A stretch of DNA of 52,545 nt, taken from IMG/VR virus record IMGVR_UViG_3300031507_000007, positions 1 through 52,545 of that record; one strand, written 5' to 3'. The DNA comes from a virus. Shown here one piece after another: positions 39,366-48,584 of the stretch. The notes below the pieces were generated by a model. The model was not told the origin of the DNA, made no database searches, and saw only the letters and a program-made list of their open reading frames with translations. The translations under genes were made by a program, and so were the position numbers. Each line of letters begins with the position of its first letter. Within the stretch, counting starts at the first letter, position 1.

Positions 39366-39962
39366 ATGTCATCACAGGGCAAGTGCGATTTCGCCGTCAT
39401 GGCCAGGTCGCTGCGCATCCTTCACCGGAAGAAGCAACGCGAGGTTGCGGCGGCCATCGGTATCCAGCCGTCGACCTACGGCAACCTCGAATCGTCTTCA
39501 TTTAAGATCGTCCGCCGGGAGCGAGTCGACGACCTCTCGCGGCTATACAAACTGGACGCAGCGCAGCATTCCGCGCTGGTCGCCGCCTGGGAGGCCGCGC
39601 CGATCAGCGACTACAGCAAGAAGCAGCGCGACGGCTGGGCCAAGCGCAACGAGGCCAGGTCCAAGGGCCGCCGCCTCGACATGGTTCAGACCGCGCTCTG
39701 CGATCTCCTCGACGCGATCGCGAGCTCGGCGGCGGCCGGCGAGCCGTGTCCGTCGGCCTGCTCGTGCGTCGCGCCGGATGCGTTCGTCGACGAGCCCGGC
39801 CGGACGTGCGAGCTGTGCTCCGCGTTCCACGCGCTCGGCTTCCCCGACGGCTTCGTCTCGCCCGACGTGGCCGCTCAGCGGATCGCCGACATCTCGCCGG
39901 TCGCGCTCAACGAGCGCCCGGTCGTTCCGAACACGCCGCACGTTCCGAAGGCGGGATCGTGA
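39366..39962 (+). CDS. XRE-family (Cro/CI-type) HTH regulator with a Cys-containing C-terminal domain
   Basis: GAGG lies 7 nt upstream of the ATG. LRILHRKKQREVAAAIGIQPSTYGNLES is an HTH segment. Confidence 0.65.
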   Translation: MSSQGKCDFAVMARSLRILHRKKQREVAAAIGIQPSTYGNLESSSFKIVRRERVDDLSRLYKLDAAQHSALVAAWEAAPISDYSKKQRDGWAKRNEARSKGRRLDMVQTALCDLLDAIASSAAAGEPCPSACSCVAPDAFVDEPGRTCELCSAFHALGFPDGFVSPDVAAQRIADISPVALNERPVVPNTPHVPKAGS

Positions 39963-40258
39963 GCGACCGGCCCGACGGACTGGACTGGTGGCTGATCGGA
40001 ACATTCGCCGCCCTGATCGCGATCGGCTCGCTGTTCGTCATGGGCGCGCGACAGGCGGCGCGCCACGCCGCGATCTGCACCGACAACGGCGGCCACTGGG
40101 AGCGCCGCAACTGCCACGAGGTCGAGGAGCAGGTCTGCACCGTCGTCGACTACTCGAACATGCTGCAGACATGCATCCCTACGACCACCACCCGGTGCGA
40201 CTCGGTCTGCTTCGGCGCTCGCGCCGAATCCTCGACGGGATCACCGGAAAGCCGTTGA
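39959..40258 (+). CDS. Membrane protein (one TM helix) with a Cys-rich ectodomain
   Basis: GTG start in a GTGA overlap. WWLIGTFAALIAIGSLFVMG. Confidence 0.4.
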   Translation: MSDRPDGLDWWLIGTFAALIAIGSLFVMGARQAARHAAICTDNGGHWERRNCHEVEEQVCTVVDYSNMLQTCIPTTTTRCDSVCFGARAESSTGSPESR

Positions 40259-40274
40259 CCACGACACCGGAACC

Positions 40275-40751
40275 ATGTACACCGGAATCGAGATGAGGAT
40301 CGCCTTCGACGTTCTGGGCACTCCGGCGCCGAAGGGAAGCTCGCGAGCGATGATGCGCGGGGGCCACGCGGTCAACGTCCCCAGCGGAAGCGACACGAAC
40401 CGCAACAAGCAGAAGGCTTGGGACACGTCGGTCCGCGAGGCGGCCAACTTGGTCCTGCAGTCGAGCTGGGAAGAACTTCCGTTCCGCGGCGTCCCGCTGC
40501 GGGTCACGCTGATCTTCCGGGTCCGCCGGCCGATCGGCCACTACAACGCGAAGACCGGCGCGCTCAAGCCATCGGCCCCCAAGTGGCCAATCACCAAGCC
40601 CGACAAGGACAAGATGTTTCGCGCGACCGCCGACAGCCTGACCGGAATCCTCATCGACGACGACAGCCGGATCGTCGAAACCCACGAGCGCAAGCAGTAC
40701 GCAGAGCCCGGCAACGAGGGCGCGCGAATCGTGATCGAGGTAATGCAGTGA
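40275..40751 (+). CDS. rusA: RusA-family Holliday junction resolvase
   Basis: FDVLGTPAPKGS...KPDKDKMFRATADSLTGILIDDDSRIV. An alternative ATG lies at 40293. Confidence 0.75.
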   Translation: MYTGIEMRIAFDVLGTPAPKGSSRAMMRGGHAVNVPSGSDTNRNKQKAWDTSVREAANLVLQSSWEELPFRGVPLRVTLIFRVRRPIGHYNAKTGALKPSAPKWPITKPDKDKMFRATADSLTGILIDDDSRIVETHERKQYAEPGNEGARIVIEVMQ

Positions 40752-40951
40752 AGCTCGAAGGAACCCTACCCGTCCCGAGCTCGAGCTGGATGATCTACGA
40801 GGGCAAGACGCAGAACTACGTGGCTCGCATCGGCCCCAACGGCGGATTCAAGCGCACGACCTCCGGCGGGCGGCGCGCCGGCGCGAAGTGGAAGCGCAAG
40901 GCGCGGACCGCCGCGAAGCGATCTCCGAGAATACCGAAGGCAGGGCCGTGA
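40748..40951 (+). CDS. Basic hypothetical protein (67 aa)
   Basis: GTG start in a GTGA overlap, in the frame of ORF 40418..40951. Confidence 0.4.
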   Translation: MKLEGTLPVPSSSWMIYEGKTQNYVARIGPNGGFKRTTSGGRRAGAKWKRKARTAAKRSPRIPKAGP

Positions 40952-41427
40952 GACGCGACAACGCAGAATTGCTACGCGAGTTGCGAGCGAAGGCAAGGAT
41001 CGAAGGAAAGTGCGGCGAGTGTCGGCTGCGACCGGTGGTGGACGGATGCCGAACGTGCAGGGTATGCCTCGACGCACACCGATCGAGATCGTCAGCGTAT
41101 ACCGCGCTGTCGCTCTGCGCATGCGGGGGAGAGCGTGCACCCGGAATAACATCGTGTCGTCGCTGCGCTGATACTACAGCGGCCCGCGAGAGGTCTCGGC
41201 GCGCCAATCTGGTTGCCCAGGGCGTCTGTGGAGAATGCGGCAGCAATCCGTCGGAGGCCGGATTCAGTCACTGCCTCGAATGCCTGGAGCTCCTCCGCGT
41301 TCGCAAGCTGACTGAATCGCGTATGAGCGGAGCAGCTCCCAGGCAGTGCGGTTCCTGCGGAAGACCTGGACACAACCGACGGACCTGCGAGAGATACCAG
41401 GCTCGCGCGACAGCGTGGTCGCCGTGA
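40948..41427 (+). CDS. Multi-zinc-ribbon protein ending in a canonical CCHC zinc knuckle
   Basis: GTG start in a GTGA overlap. CGECRLRP..CRTCRVC, CGECG...CLEC, and the C-terminal CGSCGRPGHNRRTC (CX2CX4HX4C). Confidence 0.5.
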   Translation: MRRDNAELLRELRAKARIEGKCGECRLRPVVDGCRTCRVCLDAHRSRSSAYTALSLCACGGERAPGITSCRRCADTTAARERSRRANLVAQGVCGECGSNPSEAGFSHCLECLELLRVRKLTESRMSGAAPRQCGSCGRPGHNRRTCERYQARATAWSP

Positions 41428-41597
41428 TCCGATCCACGCGCGCGATCAAGACGGCCAAGATCCGCGAGCAGAAGCGCGCGCGCCGCGAATGCCGTCAGTG
41501 CAGCAAGCCGGCCATCGTGAAGAACGGCAAGCTGCTGGCGATGTGCCAGCACCACCTCGACCAGGACTCCGAACGCAAGGCGACCAACAAGGCATGA
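41424..41597 (+). CDS. Small basic Cys protein (57 aa)
   Basis: GTG start in a GTGA overlap. CRQCSKP...MCQHH. Confidence 0.4.
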   Translation: MIRSTRAIKTAKIREQKRARRECRQCSKPAIVKNGKLLAMCQHHLDQDSERKATNKA

Positions 41598-41767
41598 CCG
41601 ACCGCGAATCACAGCGCAAGCCGCGCCCATACTCGAAGCTCGAGACCGATCAGGAGCTGATCGCTCGCATTCTGTCCGCCGGGCACATCCGAAGGATTGA
41701 CGAACCGGTCGATGCCGCGGCCGAGCGCGCCGGACTCGAGCGCAAGATCGAGTGGGTAACGCCGTGA
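41594..41767 (+). CDS. Hypothetical protein (57 aa)
   Basis: ATG start in an ATGA overlap. Confidence 0.4.
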   Translation: MTDRESQRKPRPYSKLETDQELIARILSAGHIRRIDEPVDAAAERAGLERKIEWVTP

Positions 41768-41958
41768 ACTATCCCTGGTACCCCGTATTCCTGATCTCGT
41801 TGTTCATCCTTCTGTTCTTCTGGGATCTACGGGTTCTGGTGGTGAACGGGTGGCGTAGCAAGTACAACGATGTTGCGTTTCGCAGATTCGGATACACCGC
41901 GATCAGCGTAGCTATTTGGTTCGTCGCGATTCTCTATACATCGTGGAGTAACCGGTGA
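41764..41958 (+). CDS. Two-TM membrane protein with visibly lower G+C than its neighbours
   Basis: GTG start in a GTGA overlap (an alternative GTG lies at 41752). WYPVFLISLFILLFFW and AISVAIWFVAILY. Confidence 0.45.
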   Translation: MNYPWYPVFLISLFILLFFWDLRVLVVNGWRSKYNDVAFRRFGYTAISVAIWFVAILYTSWSNR

Positions 41959-42104
41959 GCGACCAGTGCCACGTCTGCGGCCCGGTCCGCCACGCATGCC
42001 CGACGGTGATTTGCGCTCCGTGCGCGCTCGACGACGTCGCCGCGCGACGCGCCCGGCTGGTCGCCGCGCTGATCGACATCCGCCCGCGCCCGAGATTCCG
42101 ATGA
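41955..42104 (+). CDS. Small Cys protein (49 aa) candidate
   Basis: Read manually. GTGA overlap at its start and ATGA overlap at its end. CHVCGP...CPTVICAPC. Confidence 0.35.
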   Translation: MSDQCHVCGPVRHACPTVICAPCALDDVAARRARLVAALIDIRPRPRFR

Positions 42105-42538
42105 CCGCGGTCCAGGTCCCGTGCCCGCGCTGCCTCGGTCAGGGCTGGCTGATGCCGCCCGACCGGTCGTGGGTGCTCTGCGGCGGCTGCGACGGCGTCG
42201 GTAAGGCGTGGGCGACCGGTGGTCCGTCGTTCGGGTGCAAGATCAAGCTGGGCGATCGAATCGCCGGCGAGATCGTCACGCTCGGAAACGGCGACGTCGG
42301 CCGGATCGCATGGCACTCGCCGCGCGGCAAGGACAAGAAGAACCCGCCGACCACGACGTTCCTCACGCTGATCGAGTTCGGCGATGAAGGAGCTCGACCG
42401 GTCGGCTACCCGTCGTGCACCGGCGTAGCCTCGGTGGCGAGCCCGCGCGGGCGCGGCGACGATGACCACTTCGGAGATCGGGGAACCGATGCCGGCGACC
42501 CGATGCAGCGCAACCGCAACACCGTCGGAATGATCTGA
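42101..42538 (+). CDS. Protein with two DnaJ-type CxxCxGxG zinc-finger motifs
   Basis: ATG 42101. CPRCLGQG and CGGCDGVG. Confidence 0.45.
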   Translation: MTAVQVPCPRCLGQGWLMPPDRSWVLCGGCDGVGKAWATGGPSFGCKIKLGDRIAGEIVTLGNGDVGRIAWHSPRGKDKKNPPTTTFLTLIEFGDEGARPVGYPSCTGVASVASPRGRGDDDHFGDRGTDAGDPMQRNRNTVGMI

Positions 42539-42545
42539 GGAATCC

Positions 42546-42989
42546 ATGGCCAAGAAACCACCATCTCCCGAGTCGTCGGATCCCCACGGCCGCATCCGCC
42601 TGATCGGCGAGCGGGACGAAACGGTCACGCTGTCGCTCACCGAGCCGAAGATCACCGAGTACCGCAAGCAGGCGTGCAATCTGCGCGACCAGATCGACCA
42701 GATCGAGGATCAGGCAAAGGCCGCCTCGTCGTCGTTCAAGGGACGCCAGAAGGAGCTTGAGGAGCGCGAGCGGGTCGCGCGCCGCATCGCCTCCACCGGC
42801 CGCGCCGACGTGGACGTCAAGATCCAAGAATGGCTCACGCGCAGCAACGAGGTGGTCCGCGTGAACGCCGACACCGGCGAGCAGCTCGGCCCGCCGCGGA
42901 CCGCGAGAGCCGCCGAGCTACAGGAGAGCCTGCCGTTCGACGGATCATCCGACGACGATGTCGGTCAAGTCGGATTCGAGGACGCATGA
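42546..42989 (+). CDS. Hypothetical protein (147 aa)
   Basis: GAGGAA ribosome-binding site upstream. ORF track entry. Confidence 0.5.
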   Translation: MAKKPPSPESSDPHGRIRLIGERDETVTLSLTEPKITEYRKQACNLRDQIDQIEDQAKAASSSFKGRQKELEERERVARRIASTGRADVDVKIQEWLTRSNEVVRVNADTGEQLGPPRTARAAELQESLPFDGSSDDDVGQVGFEDA

Positions 42990-43066
42990 GGACGATCATG
43001 GCGATGGCGCTAGTGGCGTTGGTCTACTTCTGCGTTCTCCGCCCGGCTCCCCGGGGTGATTCGTGA
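42986..43066 (+). CDS. 26-aa hydrophobic peptide candidate
   Basis: ATGA overlap at its start and GTGA overlap at its end. MRTIMAMALVALVYFCVLRPAPRGDS. Confidence 0.25.
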   Translation: MRTIMAMALVALVYFCVLRPAPRGDS

Positions 43067-43386
43067 GCGAAACCATCGCCAGCGGGCGCCGGCAGTCGAA
43101 GTCGACGTGCCGGAAGTGCAACCGGACCGTCCATGTCGTGATCGCGCAAGGCGTCGACGGCCCGGTCCAGGTCGAGCTCGACCCGGAGCTGATCTCGATC
43201 GTCGTGTTCGAGCGGCGCGCCGCGACGGTCGAGTTCGCGCGCCGCCTTCATGCCGAGCGATGCGATTCGTATCAGAACGATGCCGCGAAGCTCAAGATCG
43301 CTGCCGAGCGCAAGATTTGGGACGCCAAGCAGTCTCGACGGGCCGCTCGCAAGCCGATTCCTGGCGCAAGAGAGCCAGTCCAGTAG
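43063..43386 (+). CDS. Hypothetical protein (107 aa)
   Basis: ORF track entry with a GTG start in a GTGA overlap. Confidence 0.45.
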   Translation: MSETIASGRRQSKSTCRKCNRTVHVVIAQGVDGPVQVELDPELISIVVFERRAATVEFARRLHAERCDSYQNDAAKLKIAAERKIWDAKQSRRAARKPIPGAREPVQ

Positions 43387-43389
43387 ACG

Positions 43390-43611
43390 GTGACCGAGAT
43401 CCAGATTGCGGCGCTCGAAAGAGCGGAATCATCGATGGCTCCTGCGCTCGAACTCTACGAGCAGCGCTGTTATCTATGGCGGCTCAGCTGCAAACTGCCG
43501 CTGCGCGACCTGAAGCGCCTGAACGATCTGCTCAAGAAGTTGTCGGATGACGACCTACGCGAGGTGGCGCGCTTCGCGGAAGGTCTTGCGGAGTTTGACG
43601 CCCGGCTGTAA
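43390..43611 (+). CDS. Hypothetical protein (73 aa)
   Basis: ORF track entry with a GTG start. Confidence 0.4.
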   Translation: MTEIQIAALERAESSMAPALELYEQRCYLWRLSCKLPLRDLKRLNDLLKKLSDDDLREVARFAEGLAEFDARL

Positions 43612-43620
43612 CCCTTTCCG

Positions 43621-44109
43621 GTGCCGAGGCCGAAGAAGTACAAGCCGCGAAAGCCGAAGACGCCGGATCCATGGGACGCGCTCCCCGCCGAGGTAGAGCC
43701 GGATCCACCCAACCCGGAGGCTGATCTTCCCGAGCTGCCTCCGATGGCGCCGGTCAACGCGATCGAGGAGGCAACGCCGCCCTCGCCGGCGATCACCGCG
43801 CTCGGCACGCCGGCCGGCTCCGTCCGCTCGATGGCGGAATGGAGCTATCAGCTCGTCATGACGCAGGCGTTTGAGGCCGCTAACGACGCTACCGTGTCCG
43901 CCGCCCGACGAGAAATCCGGGTGCGCGCGCTGCTCGCGACCGCCGCGCGCATCTACCCGGATGCGCTACGGCAGGAAGCGGCCCGCGAGATCAAGTCGAG
44001 CCGCAGCAAGATCGAGGATCGCCGGCGATCCAACCGGGCGGCAGCTCAGATCGAGCCCCGACCGGCGCCGCCGGGCAACGTGATCCAGTTCCGCGGAACC
44101 CGTGGGTAG
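43621..44109 (+). CDS. Small terminase subunit candidate (by position only)
   Basis: 162 aa with a basic N-terminus (PRPKKYKPRKPK). Directly upstream of, and overlapping, the large terminase gene. Confidence 0.35.
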   Translation: MPRPKKYKPRKPKTPDPWDALPAEVEPDPPNPEADLPELPPMAPVNAIEEATPPSPAITALGTPAGSVRSMAEWSYQLVMTQAFEAANDATVSAARREIRVRALLATAARIYPDALRQEAAREIKSSRSKIEDRRRSNRAAAQIEPRPAPPGNVIQFRGTRG

Positions 44110-45850
44110 GATCTCCGAACAAGATGCGCTCGCGCAGCACCACCGCGAGTTCGACGCCGGCGGGCGCGCCGCGATCGACATGCGGCTCGACTTCCAGCTC
44201 GAGGGCGAGGATCGGGTCCTGCTCTCGGTCGGCGGATCGTGGAACCTGAAGCTCGAGGACTTCGACCAGGACGCCGATGGCGCGGTTGTCGTCCGGATCC
44301 ACGCCGGCCAGGTCCGCGCCGTCGAGTGGTTCGCGCTCTGGATGGCCAAGCACTCCGATCGCCGCCGCAACCCGCCAACGCTGCCCGAGGACTTCGATCT
44401 CGAGGCCGACCTGGCGCGCGAAGTCCCCGACGACGAGGTCTACTCGGCGCTGTTCGCCGGCGGCCGGCGCGGCGGCAAGACCTGGATCGCGGCGGCGCTG
44501 TGCTTGGCCTACGCGATCGCCTTCCCCGACGCGCTGGTCTGGGTGGTCGAGCCGAGCCGCGGCAAGGATGACGACAAGGCCGACGAGGTCCGCCGCTACT
44601 TCGCGCGGCTGCTCGCGCCGGCCTGGGTGACGCACCAGACCGCCGGCGAGTGGGTCCTGATCAACGGATCGAAGATCCAGCTCAAGAGCGCGCACACCGG
44701 CAGCGATCCGGACGCGATCAAGCAGGGCGAGGCTCATCTGATCTGGATGAACGAGGGCCAGAAGATGAAGAAGCGCGTCTATACGGTCGGCCGCGCCGCG
44801 ATCGTGGACCGCTCCGGCCTCGTGCTGATCTGCGCGAACCCGCCGGTCGAGGCCAAGGATGAGCAGTGGGTCTCCGACTTCGCGTCCGACGCCGAGACCA
44901 AGCGGCGCGCGAGCGTCTACATCCACTTCAACCCGCTCGACAACCACAAGATCGACCGGCGCGGCCTGCTCTCGATGAAAGCGGAGGTCGACGAGCGCAC
45001 GTTCAAGATCGAGGTACTCGGCGAGTTCCTCGGCCCCGCCGACGCGGTCGCCTACAACTGGCAGCGGATGCACAACGAGATGCCGGCGCCGAAGCCCGGC
45101 GAGGGGATGATCGACGTCACCGAGGCGTTCATGCGGCTTGTCGAAGAGGGCGAGGGGATCCGCGACGTGATCGGCGCCGATATGCAGGTCCTGCCGTACA
45201 TCGGCGGCCCGGTCTACCGGTTCTTCTGCCCGGTCGACAAGCAGATCTCGCGCGAGACCGTGCGGGCCTGGATCGTCGGAGAGGTCATTCTCGAGGGAGA
45301 CGAACTCGACTGGTGCGCCGAGCTCGCGGCGCGGAAGTTCAACCCGGCCACGACGCTGATCATCTGCGATGCGACGGCCGAGTACCAGCACACGCGCCGG
45401 CGCTCGACCGACACGCCGCCGCCAGAATGGCAGGGCCGCGGATCGTTCGACCTGATCCGCCAGGCCGGCTACACGCGGATCGTCCCGCCGAGCCGGCGCC
45501 TGCGAAAGAAGAACCCCCCGATCGTCGACCGCATCCGCGCGATGACCTCGATGATCTCGTCGGGAACCGGCGTCCGCCGGCTGTTCATCGACCGCGACAA
45601 GGCTCCGAAGGCGGCCCAGGCGGTGCGCGAATGGCGCAACGTCCATGGCAAGCCGAGCCGGATCCAAGAGGTCGCCCACATGGGGGACGGCATCTCCTAT
45701 CCCATGATTCGCCTCTTCCCAAGAATCCAGCGATCGGGCAAACCCGCGGAGATGGACCCCGTGACCCAGCGTGTAGACCGGCAGGCCGTGCAGGCCGCCG
45801 CGGACCAGCCGCGCCGCGCCAGCCGGCGCGATCGCTACCGGGGCCTGTGA
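44102..45850 (+). CDS. terL: Terminase large subunit
   Basis: Walker A GGRRGGKT, Walker B-like HLIWMNE. 582 aa, upstream of the portal gene. Confidence 0.8.
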   Translation: MGRISEQDALAQHHREFDAGGRAAIDMRLDFQLEGEDRVLLSVGGSWNLKLEDFDQDADGAVVVRIHAGQVRAVEWFALWMAKHSDRRRNPPTLPEDFDLEADLAREVPDDEVYSALFAGGRRGGKTWIAAALCLAYAIAFPDALVWVVEPSRGKDDDKADEVRRYFARLLAPAWVTHQTAGEWVLINGSKIQLKSAHTGSDPDAIKQGEAHLIWMNEGQKMKKRVYTVGRAAIVDRSGLVLICANPPVEAKDEQWVSDFASDAETKRRASVYIHFNPLDNHKIDRRGLLSMKAEVDERTFKIEVLGEFLGPADAVAYNWQRMHNEMPAPKPGEGMIDVTEAFMRLVEEGEGIRDVIGADMQVLPYIGGPVYRFFCPVDKQISRETVRAWIVGEVILEGDELDWCAELAARKFNPATTLIICDATAEYQHTRRRSTDTPPPEWQGRGSFDLIRQAGYTRIVPPSRRLRKKNPPIVDRIRAMTSMISSGTGVRRLFIDRDKAPKAAQAVREWRNVHGKPSRIQEVAHMGDGISYPMIRLFPRIQRSGKPAEMDPVTQRVDRQAVQAAADQPRRASRRDRYRGL

Positions 45851-47190
45851 CCCAGATAGTGACGCTGCCGCGCGCGCTGCGCCGGCCGGCGGACTCGAGG
45901 CTTTTGGACTCGAACGGGCGCCCGCTGCCCCCGGTCCGGCCCCGCCTGCGCGTCGCCGCGCCGAACGCGCGCGGCACCGAGACCTACAACCGCCACCCGG
46001 CATTCGGCCTGACGGCGGAGATGCTGTTCTCCTACTTCCGGCTCGCCGAGGCCGGCCAGCCGCTGCAGCAGTTCGACATGTTCGACGACCTCATCGAGCG
46101 GTGGGGATCGCTGCGCGGCATGATCAACTACCGCAACGAGAGCGTCTCGGGCTGCGACTTCGTGATCATGCCGCCGCCGGGCCGCGTCGATGTGCTGAGC
46201 GTCAAGGCCGCTGCCGAGCTCAACGATCGGCTGCAGAGCCAGCTGCAATTCCGCGAGTTCCTCGGGCACCAGCTGAGCGCGGTCCCGTACGGCGTCGCGA
46301 TGACCAACATGGTGTGGGACTACGACCAGGGCATCGTGGTGCCGGTCGAGTTCGTGAACCCGGCGGCGCGCCGGTTCGCCTCCCCGTCGCAGGAGCGCGC
46401 CGACGAGATCTGGCTCTACGACGGGACGCCCGGATCGCTGGGCCTGATCGCCCTCGACCCGGGCCTCTGGGCGATCTCGCGCTACCGCTACCGGAACCCG
46501 TGGGCCGCCGGACTGATGCGGACGTGCTCGATCCTGGCGATGTTCACCGGCTGGGGTGTGCTCGGCTGGCAGACCTACCTCGACATGTTCGGCCTCCCGT
46601 TGGCGATCGGCTACTACGACGAGGGCGCCGGCCCGGAGTCGCGCAAGGCGCTCGAGGAAGCGGTGACCGGGATCGGACAGGACGGCTTCGCCATTCTGTC
46701 GTCGCTTACCGAGCTGGTGATCAAGGAGACGGCGCGTGGCGGAGACAGCTCGACGGCGTATCCCCAGATCCTGCGCTGGTGCGAGGATCAGGCGGCCAAG
46801 CTCCTCACCGGCGGCACGCTCAACACCGACGTGTCGGGCAGCGGCGCTGGTAGCTATAACGCCGCCGCAGTCCACGAGAGCCGCGGCTACGCGATGCTCT
46901 GCAACGACGCCAAAACCGTCGAAGAGATGTTCGTGCGCGACATCGGCCGGCCGTTCGTGGCGTGGAACGGCTACGACGGCGCCGCGCCACCGCGCCTGAA
47001 GATCCGAATCCGGCGCGACGCGCTGCAGTGGGCGCAGACGATCGAGATCCTGGGCCAGGCGGTCGAGCTCGACCCGACCCAGATCTACGAGGACTTCGGC
47101 CTCCGTGTGCCGGCGAAGGGCACGGGGGTGAAGTTTGAGGCCACCAAGCCGCCCGACCCGGGCCACGCGCGCGAGGACAAAAACAAATGA
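45847..47190 (+). CDS. Portal protein, Mu gp29 (DUF935)-like
   Basis: GTG start in a GTGA overlap, inside ORF 44866..47190. 447 aa. Assigned from position and a DUF935-like N-terminus (FRLAEAGQPLQQFDMFDDL). Confidence 0.75.
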   Translation: MTQIVTLPRALRRPADSRLLDSNGRPLPPVRPRLRVAAPNARGTETYNRHPAFGLTAEMLFSYFRLAEAGQPLQQFDMFDDLIERWGSLRGMINYRNESVSGCDFVIMPPPGRVDVLSVKAAAELNDRLQSQLQFREFLGHQLSAVPYGVAMTNMVWDYDQGIVVPVEFVNPAARRFASPSQERADEIWLYDGTPGSLGLIALDPGLWAISRYRYRNPWAAGLMRTCSILAMFTGWGVLGWQTYLDMFGLPLAIGYYDEGAGPESRKALEEAVTGIGQDGFAILSSLTELVIKETARGGDSSTAYPQILRWCEDQAAKLLTGGTLNTDVSGSGAGSYNAAAVHESRGYAMLCNDAKTVEEMFVRDIGRPFVAWNGYDGAAPPRLKIRIRRDALQWAQTIEILGQAVELDPTQIYEDFGLRVPAKGTGVKFEATKPPDPGHAREDKNK

Positions 47191-48584
47191 CGCGACACGC
47201 AACGGTCGAGGATCTATGGGCGATGCCGAGACTCCAGGTCGGAGCGCCCATGTTGTCGGCGAACCCCATCCCGGATCGTCATGGCGGTGCGATCCGCTCG
47301 TTCGGATGCCGCGGCGACGACGAGATTATCGCGGAGCGCGGCGCGCGCGGTATCGAGATCTTGTCCGACATCGAGATCCATGGCCGCGGGTCGCCGCACA
47401 GCGAACTCAAGGCCGGCGGCGGCGAGGACACGAACGCGCACCGGCTCGAGGTCATCCAGGCCGTTCGCGACGGCAAGCACCTAGAGCTGATGGTCAAGCG
47501 CGCGCGGACCTACCGCCAGAGCAAGGGCAGCAAGAATCGGCGCTACCTGCGGTTCGCCGCGGACGAACTCGACGCGGTAGCCCCGAGCTTCGCCGGTCAG
47601 CCGCTGCTGGTCGACCACAACACGTACGAGCAGGACAAGCGCAAGGGCACGATCCTCACCTCGGCGTCCGAGACCAACGGCCAGGGCATCACGTCGTTTT
47701 TCATGGGATTTGCGGTCGTGAAGCCCGACGCCGTGATCTCGGTGCTCGACGGCACCATCGACCGGTTCTCGATCGGCTGGTTCCCCGGCGCCGAGATCCT
47801 CTGCACGGCTCACGGGTGCAACATCATGGGCAAGGACTCCTGCTACTGCTGGCCCGGCGAAGAGGTCGAGGTTGACGGGAAGCTCAAGATCGCCGAATAC
47901 GAATTCAAAGGCGCCACTGGTAAGGAACTTTCTGCTGTCAACGTCCCCGCGGTAACCGGGACCCGAATCGAAGACTACCGCGCGGCACTGGCGGCCGAGT
48001 TGCAACTACCACCGACGAGAACCAAGGAGCGAACGAAGATGCTATTCACCCGACTTGCGGCGGCCCTCGGGCTCGCCGCGCTGAGCGAAGCCGGCCACGA
48101 GGATGCCGCGCTCGCCGCACTCGAGGGGCAGCGCAAGCGCCTTCTCGCCGCGGAGGTCGACGTGGGTACGCTCCGCGTCGACGTCGCCCGCCTCACCACC
48201 GAGCGCGACACCGCGCGCGCCGAGGCGAACCTCGCCGCCGGCGCCGCGATCGATCGCGTGGTCGCCGACGCCTACTCCGAGGGCAAGCTCGGCTACGGCC
48301 GCGATGCCGCCGGCGCGGCGCTCGCCGACCCGATGGAGTCGCTCCTGCGCGACTTCGGCAAGGCGGCCGGGCTCGATGCCCTGTCCGCCAAGCTCAAGGC
48401 GATGGCGCCGCGGATCCCGGTGGGCCAGCGCCAGCCGCTGCCGGCCGAGCCCGCGCGCCAGCTCGCCGCGGTCCCTACCGATGCCCAGATCGCAGCCACC
48501 GCGCTGCAGCTCGGCGTTCCGGTCGACTCCGTCCGCGCGCGCTACGGGCTCGCCCCGCTGGCGCAGGCTGGGGGTGCCCGTTGA
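47187..48584 (+). CDS. Prohead protease fused to a scaffold-like coiled-coil C-terminus
   Basis: FSIGW...ELSAVNVPAV is a protease-like ending. An Ala/Leu/Arg coiled coil follows. ATGA overlap at its start. Confidence 0.65.
   Translation: MTRHATVEDLWAMPRLQVGAPMLSANPIPDRHGGAIRSFGCRGDDEIIAERGARGIEILSDIEIHGRGSPHSELKAGGGEDTNAHRLEVIQAVRDGKHLELMVKRARTYRQSKGSKNRRYLRFAADELDAVAPSFAGQPLLVDHNTYEQDKRKGTILTSASETNGQGITSFFMGFAVVKPDAVISVLDGTIDRFSIGWFPGAEILCTAHGCNIMGKDSCYCWPGEEVEVDGKLKIAEYEFKGATGKELSAVNVPAVTGTRIEDYRAALAAELQLPPTRTKERTKMLFTRLAAALGLAALSEAGHEDAALAALEGQRKRLLAAEVDVGTLRVDVARLTTERDTARAEANLAAGAAIDRVVADAYSEGKLGYGRDAAGAALADPMESLLRDFGKAAGLDALSAKLKAMAPRIPVGQRQPLPAEPARQLAAVPTDAQIAATALQLGVPVDSVRARYGLAPLAQAGGAR

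Noticed and set aside
43991-46003. 670-aa minus-strand ORF, and similar long antisense ORFs (4459..5601, 11081..12385, 15041..16249, 45835..47202, 48936..50108, 5985..6737)
   Set aside because: All lie antisense to genes with clear family motifs (terminase, baseplate, capsid and others). All have the Arg/Gly/Pro/Asp-rich composition expected from stop-codon-poor G+C-rich DNA.
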